Below, one piece after another: positions 26,381 through 38,586 of a stretch of DNA of 64,000 nt. A program made the position numbers and the translations under genes. Source of the DNA: Hemiscyllium ocellatum (Eukaryota); assembly GCF_020745735.1 (NCBI RefSeq), contig NC_083407.1:89209857-89273856 (forward strand). Reading direction: 5' to 3'. Every line of letters starts with the position of its first letter. Positions within the stretch are counted from its first letter, which is position 1. The notes below the pieces were generated by a model. That model had not been told where the DNA came from and made no database searches. It worked only from the letters and a program-made list of their open reading frames with translations.

Positions 26381-26905
26381 ATAAAGGATATAAAGGAGTT
26401 CTGTTGTAAAGGCTAACATAAGCATTCGACCGTCTGCTCAAAAAGCCTTTTGGAGGCAAGTTCCCATCATCAGTTGCATTGTTAATGATCTTTTGTCCAT
26501 GATAAGGACAAAGTTGAGGATGTGTGCTGATGATTGTACATTGTTCGAGAACTATTCACTACCCATCAGATACTGAAGCAGTCATGTTCCTATCAAAGAG
26601 GAACTCAACAATTAAGCTTGAGTTAAAGTGTAGCAAATAACATTCATAACGCACAAGTGCCAGACAATGATCATCTGAAATAAGAGAGAACCTAACCAGT
26701 TTACATTGGCATTCTACGTTGTTATAATCTCTGAATCCTGCACTAACAACATTCTGGGTTTAGGGTTACCATTGAACAGAGGCATAACCATAATTACTAT
26801 TAGCTATATGAACAGGTAAAAGACTGAAGATCCATCACAATCTTATATGTTTCAATTATATTAGCCTTTACTCTTTTCAACTCCAACAGACATAAGCTCA
26901 GCCTA

Positions 26906-27092
26906 GGTGAAAGTGAGGACAGAAGATGCTGGAAACCAGAGTTTAGATCAGAGTGATACTGGAAAAGCACAGCAGGTCAGGCAGCATCCAAGGAGCAGGA
27001 AAATTGATGTTTCGGGCAAAAGTCTGATTTTCCTGTTCTTCGGATGCTGCCTGACCTGTTGGGCTTTTCCAGCACCACTCTGACCTAAACAC
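26906..27092. mobile_element. PLE-derived palindromic mini-element, hammerhead centre deleted, 12-bp TSD
   Basis: Inverted arms; AAGCTCAGCCTA at 26894-26905 and 27093-27104. Confidence 0.85.
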
Positions 27093-27649
27093 AAGCTCAG
27101 CCTAAACTATCTTTTATCATAAGACAACCTGCCCATTCCAGGAATCAATCTAGTAAAGCTTCTCCGAAATACTACAAATTCATTTACATGTTTCCATAAA
27201 TGAGGTGACCTTTACTGTAGACAGTATTGTAGACAGTGTGGTCTCATTAGTGCCCTGTATATTCATGTCCTCTATATGTTTGTACTCAATTCCCTTAATA
27301 ATAGATTATAAGTTCTACAAGTTTCCTAATTAATTATTGTACCTGCATACTACTTTTGTGATTTATGAAGTATGATAATCAAATCCCACTGCATGTCAGA
27401 GTTCTGCATTCTCACTATTTAAATAATATGAATCCTTTTTATTCTTCCTGCAAAATAGACAATTTCACATTTGCCAAGATCATACTCCATTTGTCAAATC
27501 TTTACCCACTCACTTAAACGATTTTTGAAGCCTTCTTATTACTTCTTTACAATTTGATTTCTAACCTTTTTTTGTGGCAGCAACAATTCTGACCCTTCAT
27601 CCAAGTCATTTTTATAAATTTTGCACAGTTGAGTTCCCAGCACTGATTT

Positions 27650-27776
27650 GGGAGAAAGTGAGGACTGCAGAAGCTGGAGATCAGAGCTGAAAATGTGTTG
27701 CTGGAAAGGCGCAGCAGGTCAGGCACATCCAAAGAGCAGGAGAATCGATGTTTCGGGCACAAGCCCTTCTTCAGGA
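27650..27776 (-). mobile_element. Solo PLE terminal repeat with hammerhead-like core, within an old CR1 remnant
   Basis: Minus strand reads CTGAAGAAGGGCTTGTGCCCGAAACATC...CTGCAGTCCTCACTTTCTCC. Confidence 0.85.
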
Positions 27777-28075
27777 TTGCTAGAGTCCTGATTTGTAGGG
27801 AATTTTCATTAAATTGGTTGTCTAACTGCTAATGTTTTAGACACAATTTGTCTGGAATTTTCAAATTCGCCACCATGGAATGGACACCGAGACAGGATAT
27901 ATAATGAGCTGAGGATCTGATGTCTATCGTGACCTTGTTTTTTTGTATCAATTTGAATATATCTCTGAACTATTGTCTCAGTGATTCTGTCTCCAGCCCA
28001 CACAATATCTTAGAGAAAGTTCCTGGAAATCCAAACACAAGGCAATTGAGAAAAACAGAAATGAATGCACGTGTA

Positions 28076-28081
28076 TTTATT
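28076..28081 (-). terminator. Polyadenylation signal AATAAA of copy 3
   Basis: About 45 nt past the stop; matching signals at 39249-39254, 49107-49112 and 57906-57911. Confidence 0.7.
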
Positions 28082-28125
28082 TGACCAATACATATGTCAC
28101 AAAAAACATTTTTGTCAAGAGCAAT

Positions 28126-30625
28126 CTAGAAATCCCTCATGCGCCTGAAAGATCCGATAGTTGAGCTGTAGCCTCCCCAGTCACTGTATCTCCTGTATTC
28201 ACCGGGTCTCATGAAGTACTGTCGCCCTCTGTAGTTGGGATGTTCATAGAAGATCCAATAACCGTCCATCACGTGGCAGGAGTGGATGTCACGGTAACGG
28301 AAACGATCGTAGACGGATGGACAGTCATCCGTGAATTCCATCCTCTGTCCTCCAAAGTCAGGCCTCTCGTAAATCCTCATTCTGTAGGAGCCTCCTCGGT
28401 ACTGGAATAGAAGTAAGATCATGTTAGTGAGAAACGTATCAATTAAATATATAAAATATGCAAAAAATTAGCTAGTTTATTGAGAATAAAGCTGAAACAA
28501 TTCAATAACAGGTGTATGGATCATATTCTCATCTGATTATAATTGTTCAACTTTGTGCAATTTTCTATAAAGTGAAAAGGAATTATTGGTCACATATAAG
28601 ACAGGAGTTTCTTTGCATTTGTAAATGTCTAATGTGCTTTTCCCTTCAGTTTAATATTTTCTCATGTCTCCAGGTGAATGATGCGGGAATGAATATTTAC
28701 ATTTCATGACTACCTTCGGGCTGTTTGTGAAATGAGTGCATCATGAGTTGCATGATCTTACTGCTAAACATTCATTTATTGTGTAAGTGGACCCAAGCTA
28801 AGGATATTTTCACAGATAATGCGGTGATGGGATTTGGTCTAATTCACTCAATGTGACCAGTGTAGTTTGAAATACATTAACTTGATTGCCTGTGATTGTG
28901 AGGAATGGGCAGTTTTTGAGGGCAATATATTGAAAACAATAGAATAATTAGATGGATTTACGTACAGCAGTGGGGACTCTTGTTGGGCCATGTGATATTG
29001 GAATGTTACTTTTATGTATTGCTGGTGTAATGTGAATCATGAATGATGTTCTCTGGAACACACTGGAAATGTGAAGCACATTCCAATAACCAACTTCAAT
29101 TGTGATGCAATAAAGCAAGCTCTAACATAAAAGCAATCTGGAAAGGAACATTAATATTTTGCATCAGTAGGATCTATCCAACAACTTCATACCCTTAACC
29201 TATGCTCTAGATCCTCAATCCATGGGCTCCTTTTAAGGGAAACAATATATTTAACACAAATGTTTACCCCTGCTGCAGTTCTGTAGCATATTTAAATAAA
29301 CCTGCTTATAGGTATAATGAAGTGGTAGAAATGTCAAAAATAGAAAGGATACTATTCATGTGTTTAAGGGAAATTTCAATAACTGCATGAAGGCAATAGA
29401 AATGGAAATATGCACTCATTGTGTTGGTTGCAGAGATATATGAGCCTATTGTGGATAAGCATAATCAGAGAGATACAACTGAATAAACTTGTAAAACTGA
29501 ATGGTCCTGTGCTATGAACTCTCTGTAAATAATTTACTCAATTATAGATGTTCATCATCTTAAACTAATAGCATTTAGGAAGTACACGTTTATTCAATCT
29601 CATATTTATTCCCAGACTTGAAGCCAGAGACGTGGCAACCTAAGAGCCAACATTAAGCATGAGCACTCATTATCTTTCAAGGTCCAAATGCAAGAGGTCA
29701 TGACCACAAAGACTATGGAGTCAGACAGGCGCCCCTACATTCCTTAGGCTAAATAGCAGCTTTTCATCAAACAAACAAGTCGTGTTGATCAAATGCATTG
29801 GATACTGCAGCCATTTAAGAATGCCTCACAATACAACTTCCTGGCACAGAATTAAAACAAAGCTTTAAGCCCTTCATTCACATTTTAGGTGACTCTATTC
29901 CTTTTTAGGATGGCCACCTATAAAACTTGAAATATTAGTTGAGATGCACTGGGTACCTTTTTTTTAAACTGATGCATATTTATACACATAAAAACTCACC
30001 TTAATCTTTGCAATTGATACACATATCAAGTGTGAAAAATGGGAAAGCATCCATTAACTTAACTGCTTTACTCTCTGCACATTTTCTGAACTTTAATCTG
30101 AGTAGAACATGTGAACAACCAAATTATATAAGGGTTGAAGTCACATGATCCAACGCTATCATGGAATCCCATCCTAATAAATCCCATGCACTGAGTAAAC
30201 AATAGAGGAGCAGACAGTTGCAAATATAAATCAGTTTATAAACCCATTTATTCCAACAAGGACAAAGAATGACTTACGTATGGGTGGGAGCGACATGATC
30301 TGACACAGTCATTGAATCCCATCCAGCGCTGGTAGTCAGGATACTCTCCCCTGGTCAGAATATACTGGTATCCCATATAATTGCGTTTCTCATACAACAC
30401 CCACCAGTCACTCTCAACACGGATGGAGTTACAGCGGCTGAAGTAAGGGGACAGGTCGGCACAGTCACTGCTGCACTCATAGTGCCGTCCCTGGAAGTTC
30501 CTGTCCTCGTAAAAGATGATCTGTGGAATGTAGCACAAGATAAATTATTGGACTTGGAAATCACAATTCAGTAATCAGAATTCTTGAATCATGTAAAAAA
30601 TCAGACTTGTTCGTACCTTTCCCAT
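28126..30625 (-). CDS. cryg: gamma-crystallin copy 3, intact, 175 aa; join complement(28126..28401,30278..30520,30617..30625)
   Basis: Canonical 9/243/276-bp exons with GT-AG introns, TATAAATA at 30685-30692, AATAAA at 28076-28081. Private changes include P49R and QRMEFT in place of QMMEFM. Confidence 0.94.
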
Positions 30626-30684
30626 TGTGAGCTCACGGCTAGGTGAGTAACTGATCTAACTTTGTAGCATTATCTAACGCGTGG

Positions 30685-30751
30685 TATTTATATGATGGAC
30701 AAAATAGCCTCTCTACTGTATACTCTTGTTATGCAAATAATTTGGTGCTGA
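30685..30751 (-). promoter_or_regulatory. Copy 3 proximal promoter: TATA, Sox-octamer TCTTGTTATGCAAAT (30724-30738), half-MARE TGCTGA (30746-30751)
   Basis: Motifs read directly and conserved in copies 4 and 5. Confidence 0.65.
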
Positions 30752-31189
30752 ACGACAAAAAAAAGAATAATGGACATCACTTGACATGTTGCTTGACATG
30801 TGACTGATTCTTTCTAATATGCTTCCACTTCATTTTAGTTGTTGTTTGAAAACAAAGGGGGAAGAGTCTGTTGTCTGTTCAACACTTGAACAGTTCTGAA
30901 AAGAAACACAGAAAAAAGTTTCAAGATTTTAATTTCAAAGCATAATCAGCTCAACCAGTTCTGAAATTAATCAAAAGTGATGAAACAAAAGTTGCAATAG
31001 CTGTTGTGGTCATTGTTGTAAATGCTTTAATTTATATTACAACTGTAAAGAGGGTTGCTGCTCTGTAAGGTGCTCATCAAAATGGTCTTTGAATGAAATT
31101 GGAAGCATTTTGCAGGTAAACTGCAGGAACAGCAATGACTTATTTTTACTGTATGAATCCATCTCTGATTTTAATTTTTACTGCTTATT

Positions 31190-32200
31190 GCTTTCCTTGA
31201 TAAGGTGTCTCATAACAAACTGGTCAGCAAATTGGAATGTCATGGAATGAATTGGGCAATGGAACATGGGTGGAAAGTTGGCTGAGTGATGGGATACAGA
31301 ATGCATGCTAACAGGCTGTTTTTCACCCTGGAGGATGTTGCATTCTGGGGAACCCAGGGGGCGCTATCAGGAACTTGCTTGACTTCTTCAGTACCAATGA
31401 CGTATACTTCAGTGTACTGGGCATAATTTCAGCATTTTCCAATCAAACCATGGTTGTGAATGTCGTGGAATGTGAGAAGAAATATGTTAAACTTCAAGTG
31501 AAATTACTTAGGCTGGTGAAGAGAGCTGAACACGGTGATGGAATTTGATGTAGTGAAGTGTGACTTGAATCAATTCAACCGGAGGACTGAGGAGGGGTAA
31601 TAAAAAATAAAGCATACAATGTTACAGAGGATGCAAGAGCAGGACAGGCCCATATTTGCTCAAATCCTTCAAAGTGGTAAGTCTGGTTGAGAAAGTCATT
31701 TGTGTTGATCCTCGGGGTTTATAAATATGAACGATGAGTATAAAAGTAGGGAAGTAATGATGAACCTGTATAAATGTTTGGTTCCTCCTCAACCAGAGGA
31801 TCATGTCCAGTTTTGTTCCCTTCACTGGAGGAAGAGTGTGAAGGCATTAAGAGTGGCTGCAGAGAATATTTGGGATCATGGGTCCAAGAATGAGGAGCTT
31901 CATATACATAGATTTGAGAAGCTGGGGATGTTCACTGCGAAGAGACAAACAAATCATGCAGGGCATAGACAGAGAGTATAAAACGGAACTGTCTTCATTG
32001 CTTTTGCACTACCAGAGGGCACTGACCGGATGAAGGTGACTGGTGAAAGAAAGTATAATGGCAAGAGTGAAAGGTGTTTTCTATAGCAAGCAGAATAGAA
32101 GCAAATTCATTTTGAGATTTTTAAATTATTTGTCATTAATAAAAAAATTACACGTTTCCGGGGTTGTGATTCTAAGTTGCCCATGCAGAGAGTAGACACA
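31190..32200 (+). mobile_element. Ancient CR1 remnant co-duplicated with the crystallin gene (paralogue at about 43670-46400)
   Basis: DKVSHNKLVSK..., VESWLSD, YKCLVPPQPEDHVQFCS. Same junction and flanks upstream of copies 3 and 4. Confidence 0.75.
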
Positions 32201-32609
32201 GAACATGCAGTGCTGCAATAGTTCTATGGGTCCATGAAATCAATCAGCTTGAAATCTGGTGGTTCAGCTGTCAGAGTAACTGCCATTGACGCCTTCCGTC
32301 TCTGGCACTCCACTGTGCCAACTGTTTTTCTACCAATCTCACGAAATCAAAAGGTGGCTGTTGGGTTTCAAGATGCCATCGGCTCATGACATGACTGATG
32401 ATTCTGGTATGCAGCCCATGCACACATGTACAGTGTGTAGACTATGAAAGCCATGCTGCCACCCAGAAGGACTGGGTAACTGTGCTGAATCCGAGCTGCA
32501 GCTGTGTGGACCATTCTTCATGAATCCTGCACAGTAATTCTCAGGATACATGGTGCCCTGTTGTTTAACCTTGCCCTTATGAGCAAACAACACACTTGAC
32601 TCACTCTAC

Positions 32610-32832
32610 GTAAAAGAACTGCGGATGCTGTAAATCAGAAACAAAATCAGAAGTTTCTGGAAAAGCTCAGCATGTCTGGCAGGATCTGTGGAGAGAAATT
32701 AGAATTTGCGCTCATGTACAAATCTTCGGGTCGAGTGACCCTTCCTCAGAAATGACCTGGAACATTAATTCTGATTTCTCTTCACAGATGCTGCCAGACC
32801 TGCTGAGCTTTTCCTGCAATTACTATTTGTGT
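32610..32832. mobile_element. Older PLE palindromic mini-element (second family)
   Basis: Inverted arms (CTGGAAAAGCTCAGCA / TGCTGAGCTTTTCC). Minus-strand core CTGAGGA-A-GGGTC(ACTC)GACCC-GAAG. Confidence 0.75.
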
Positions 32833-33764
32833 TCACTCACTCTACACATAGATTTTTAGCAAAAATAAAGATTAAAAGTGAGAGAAAGAAAAAAAAGGTA
32901 GGGAGGGTTGATCAAATCTGCCCGAAAAGGTAGATGCAGAATACATGGGTTATTTTAAAAGGCAATTGAGCATGTACTTGAATGATATTAATTTTTAGGT
33001 ATCAGAGAAAATTGTTGAGGAGGGTAAACTGAATGGTGAATTGGCAGAAGCTGAATGAATCCAGTACCCTCCTGCTGTGCACTCAGAGACTTTCAATGCT
33101 GAAGTTTTTCACTTACGATGAACAGACATCATTCAGTTGTTGCTTTCTTATAGTTCCAACAAAACCCTGGGAGGTGACATGGCTCCCCCCTTCGGTCACA
33201 CCAACTATCATCTTTTCAGTGAGTGGCTATACCACTTCAATTGAAATGTGATTAATTAGATTAGAATAAAGGAGCCAAATTGCAAAGTTTTTATAATTTT
33301 TAAAAAAGAGGGATTTTATTATGTGCGACCAGAAAAGGAAAAATCCAAACATGACATCAGGCACTCACAAACAGCAGGAAAAAACCTCAAAAGGAAGGGA
33401 GGGTATCCATACAGAGTGAATTGTTGATATTTAAACTTCTTAAATTCTTTGCGTTGTGAGGGTGAGTGTTGATTGTGTAGTTGCCTTGTTTCTTCGGCTG
33501 TGGCGAAGTTTTGCACCTAGTGGCTGCGCTGGGTTGCGTTTTCATAGAGCACTGAATTTTGAATAATGAGACTGAGGGGGAGAGAGAGAGATTTTCAGCG
33601 CTCATGTACAAATCTTTTCTCATTCTCTCTACTTTGCTGCATTAATGCAAGCAGCTGTAGATAAAGGTACATTTGTAACCTCCTGAGTCAGCTCATTGTT
33701 TCTCCAAGATAGCTAACTGGCGGGCAAGCACTGAATAGCCCAATCTGTGCAATTATCATACTTC

Positions 33765-34228
33765 TAGAGTCATAAGCTGTATGGCAGGAAACAGAGGTCC
33801 AATGTGTCCATGCCAACCTGACATCCTATATTAAGTTAGCCCCAATTGCCAGCATTTGGACCATATCCCTCTAAACCTTTCCTATTCACATACTCATCCA
33901 GATGCCTTTTAAATATTATAATCATATCAGCCTCCACCACTTCCTCTGGCAGCTCATTCCATACACGTACCACCCTCTGTGTGAAAACATTGCCTCCTAG
34001 TCCCTTTGATACCTTTCCCCTCTCACTTTAAACCTATGCCCTCTTGTTTTGGACTTCCCCACCCCAGCAAAAAGACTTTGCCTAGTTATCCCATCCATGC
34101 CCCTCAAGATTATATAAAGTCGTCCCTCAGCCTCCAACGCTCCAATTTAAATATTCACAGCCTATTCAGCCTCTCCCAATAGCTCAAATCCTTCAACCCT
34201 GGCAACATTCTTGTAAATCTTTTCTGAA
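33765..34228 (-). mobile_element. CR1 3' fragment
   Basis: Reverse complement of the HER1-like 3' end. Confidence 0.85.
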
Positions 34229-34759
34229 TTAAATGTGAATGAAATAAGTTGCAAATTTATTGGTCGTGATTATTTCTTGGATTGACTGTCTTTAGATCAA
34301 TGGGGATTTTATTGCAGCCAAGAAATGGTAATCTCACCTTGATTTCACTTGACTCACTGATCAGGTGATCACAGCATCTATGTTTGGCCATTAGTCATTC
34401 TATTGAAAGACAGTATTGTCTATTAAATCTGCAACAATATAACGTTGGATGCTGGACGTTCATAGAATGCTACAATGCAGATACAGGCCATTCGGCCCAT
34501 CCAGAGCCTCCAAAGAGCATCTCCCCCAAATTCCACCTCAGCCATCCTTGTAACCCCACATTTCCCATGGCTAATACACCTAGCCTATACATGCTGGAAC
34601 ACTATAGAACAATTTTAGTACAACCAATTCACCTAACCTGCGCAAATTTGGGAGGAAGCTGGAGTACCCAGTAGAAACCCACACAGACACAGGGAGAATG
34701 TGCAAATTCTATACAGACAACTTGATGATTGCACAGTTGAATTCATATTTGTCATTATT

Positions 34760-36445
34760 AAGAGGTGACCTCTGACCTCTTAGAGGTTTGTAAAATCATG
34801 AGGGGCAATAGATAGAGTAAATAGATAAGGTATATCCCCTGTAGGTGGGGTGGGGGGGGGTGGGGTTGTAGATTGCAAAGCGAGAAGGCATTGGTTAGGG
34901 TGAGAAGGATTTATAAAATACTTAAGGGGGAACGTTTTCACACAGATGGAAGTTGGCGTGTATGGAAGGCATCTGGATGAGTATTATCAAAGGTAGGGTT
35001 TGGAGGCAAATGTTGCCAAATGGGACTAATTTATTTAGGATATATCGTCAGCATGATCGAATGGACCAAAGGGTCTGTTTCCATGCTACATATCTCTTTG
35101 ACTCTATGACTGTACTTAGGACAAGATGCATCTTGCATTCCTCTTTGTCTGCGTTCAACACAATATATAATCATTGAACTCACTGTCGGACAGATGGCAA
35201 GGATTTGAAGAGATGCAAAGAAGATCCATTAGAATTGTACAAGGACAATGGAAATATAATTACTAAAGACTAAAGGTGAGTGAATGTGTGGGTTAATGGG
35301 ATCTAGGTGGGTGAGGATAGGTGAGGTAGACGATGTGAGTAATTGTGTCAATGTCGATCGTCGAAGTGGGTGAGGTCAATGAAGTGGGTAGATGAAGCGG
35401 CAAGTAGATAGCCCAGAGACGAAGCGATTTGCTTTGCTGGAACAGAAGTAATTTATCTGTCACGGCAGCACTAATGGGCCGTGGAGCAGCAGATGGTGTT
35501 TAATTTAGGTAGATGTGAAGTGCTGCATTTTGGAAAAGCAAATCAGAGCTGGACTTAACTACTTAATGGAAAGGTCCTGGGGCGCGTTGCTGAACAAAGA
35601 GACCTTCGAGTGTAGGTTCACAGCTCCTTGAACATGGAGTCATGGATAGATAAGATAATGAAAAAGGTGCTTGATATGCTTGCCTTTATTGGTCAGAGCA
35701 TTGAGTATAGAAGTTGGGAGGTCATGTTGCAGCTGTACTAGAGTTGATTAGGCCACTTTTGAAATATTGTATCAATTCCGGTCTCCCTGTTATAGGAAGA
35801 ATGTTGCAAGTCTTGAAAGGGTTTGAAAATAATTATTCAGGATGTTTCCAGAGTTGGAGAATTTGAGCTATAGGGAGAGGATGAATAGGCTACAATTATT
35901 TTCCCTGGAGCATCAGAGGTTGAGGGGTGACCTCATAGAGATTTATAAAATTATGAGGGGCATGGATAAGGTAAATAGGCAAGGTATTTCTCCGATTAGG
36001 GAATGGGACGGTAGAGGAGAGGTGTGTGGATTCCAAAACGAGAGGGCATAGGTTCAGGGTGAGAGCGAAAAGATTTAAAAGGGACTTAAAGGGGAACGTT
36101 TTCACACAGAGGGAAGTAGGCATGTATGGAAGGTGTCTGGATGGGTATTATAAATAGGAAGGGTTTCAAGGCATATGGGCCAAATGCTGACAAATGGGAC
36201 TAATTTATTTAGAATATGTAGGCAGCATGAATGAATGGACTGAAGGGTCTGTTTCCGTGCTATATATCTCTTTGACTCTATGACTCTGTTTAGGACAAGA
36301 TACATCTTGCATTCCTCTTTGTCTGTATTCAACACAATATATAATCATTGAATTCATTGTCGGACAGATGGGAAGGATTTGAAGAGATGCAAAGAAGGTT
36401 CATTAGAATGGTACAAGGACTACGGAAATCTAATTACAAAAGACA
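34760..36445 (+). repeat. Local direct duplication (about 34760-35270 and 35925-36443) of a CR1 3' end plus downstream flank; second unit is part of a longer CR1 starting at about 35475
   Basis: Both units share the same internal CR1 deletion and about 160 bp of flank (TTAGGACAAGAT.CATCTTGCATTCCTCTTTGTCTG...). Confidence 0.85.
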
Positions 36446-36778
36446 TTTGGAACTAGTTTTCTGTAATCTTTTGCAATAAATTCTGTGTCTTATGATCTTA
36501 TACTCCACAACCACCTGATGAAAGAGCAGCACTCCAAATGCTAGTGCTTTCAAATAAACCTGTTGGACTATAACCTGGTGTTGTGTGATTTTGAACTTTT
36601 GTTTAAATCATTCTGTTTCTGTTCATGATGAGAAAATGAAAAGGAAAATTCTGTCTAAACTTCCTTCTTTTGGAGTTTTGGACAGCAGTCAGAATTATGG
36701 ATGTTGCAGCACCAAGGAATGAAGCAAACTTAACATTTATGGTGAATGGAACTTTTTATTGTGTCTACGCTATTCTTT

Positions 36779-38586
36779 TAAGACCATAAGACCATAAGGC
36801 CATAAGACATAGGAGTGGAAGTAAGGCCATTCGGCCCATCGAGTCCACTCCGCCATTCAATCATGGCTGATGGGCATTTCAACTCCACTTACCCGCATTC
36901 TCCCCGTAGCCCTTAATTCCTCGAGACAACAAGAATCTATCAATCTCTGCCTTGAAGACATCTAGCGTCCCGGCCTCCACTGCACTCTGCGGCAATGAAT
37001 TCCACAGGCCCACCACTCTCTGGCTGAAGAAATGTCTCTGCATTTCTGTTCTGAATTGACCCCCTCTAATTTTAAGGCTGTGTCCACGTGTCCTTGTCTC
37101 CTCGCCTAACAGAAACAATTTCCTAGCGTCCAACCTTTCCAAGCCATGTATTATCTTGTAAGTTTCTATTAAGTCTCCCCTTAATCTTCTAAACTCCAAT
37201 GAATGCAATCTCAGGATCCTCAGTCGTTCCTCATATGTTAGACCAACCATTCCAGGGATCATCCATGTGAATCTCCGCTGGACACGTTCCAGTGCCAGTA
37301 TGTCCTTCCTGAGGTGTGGGGACCAAAACTGGACACAGTATTCCAAATGGGGCCTAACCAGAGCTTTATAAAGTCTCAGTAGTACAAGGGTGCTTTTATA
37401 TTCCAACCCTCTTGAGATAAGTGACGACATTGCATTCGCTTTCTTAATCACGGACTCAGCCTGCATGTTTACCTTTAGAGAATCCTCAACTAGCACTCCC
37501 AGATCCCTTTGTACTTTGGCTTTACAAATGTTTTCACCATTTAGAAAGTAGTCTATGCTTTTATTCTTTTTGGCAAAGTGCAAGACCTTGCATTTGCTCT
37601 CGTTGAATTCCATCAGCCATTTCCTGGACCACTCTCCCAAACTGTCTAGATCCTTCTGTAGCCTCCCCACTTCCTCAGTACTACCTGCCTGTCCACCTAA
37701 CTTCGTATCATCTGCAAACTTCACTAGAATGCCCCCAGTCCCTTCATCCAGATCATTAATATATAATGCGAACAGCTGTGGCCCCAACACTGAACCCTGC
37801 GGGACACCGCTCGTCACCGGCTGCCATTCTGAAAAAGAACCTTTTATCCCAACTCTCTGCCTTCTGTCAGACAGCCAATCCTCAATCCATACCAGTAGCT
37901 CACCTCGAACACCATGGGCCCTCACTTTGCTCAGCAGCTTCCCGTGTGGCACCTTATCAAAGGCCTTTTAGAAGTCTAGATATACCACATCCACTGGGTT
38001 TCCCTGGTCTAACCTACTTGTCACCTCTTCAAAGAATTCCAACAGGTTTGTCAGGCATGACCTCCCCTTACTAAATCCATGTTGACTTGTTCTAATCAGA
38101 CTCTGCTCTTCCAAGAATTTAGAAACCTCATCCTTAATGATGGATTCTAGAATTTTACCAACAACCAAAGTTAGGCTAATTGGCCTATAATTTTCCATCT
38201 TTTGTCTTGATCCCTTCTTGAACAAGGGGGTTACAACAGCGATCTTCCAATCCTCCGGGACTTTCCTTGACTCCAGTGACTCTTGAAAGATCTCAACCAA
38301 TGCCTCCGCTATTTCCTCAGCCACCTCTCTCAGAACTCTAGGATGTATCCCATCGGGGCCAGGAGATTTATCAATTTTAAGACTTTTTAGCTTTTCTAGC
38401 ACTATCTCTTTTGTAATGGCAACCATACTCAACTCAGCCCCCTGACTCCCTTTAATTGTTGGGATATTACTCATGTCTTCCACTGTGAAAACTGACGCAA
38501 AGTACTTGTTAAGTTCTCCTGCTATTTCCTTATCTCCCATCACTAGGCTTCCTGCATCGGTTTGAAGTGGCCCAATGCCTACTTTT
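36779..38586 (-). mobile_element. Young 5'-truncated CR1 LINE with near-intact RT
   Basis: ORFs 37968-38597 and 36879-37952 are in the same frame, separated by one TAA (YLDF*KAFDKVPH). FADD motif present; tail (TCTTATGG)n. Confidence 0.95.

Noticed and set aside
36779-36815. CRISPR-like or satellite repeats (CCATAAGA)n, (TAGAT)n, (AAATC)n
   Set aside because: These are LINE/SINE 3' tails in eukaryotic DNA, with no spacers.
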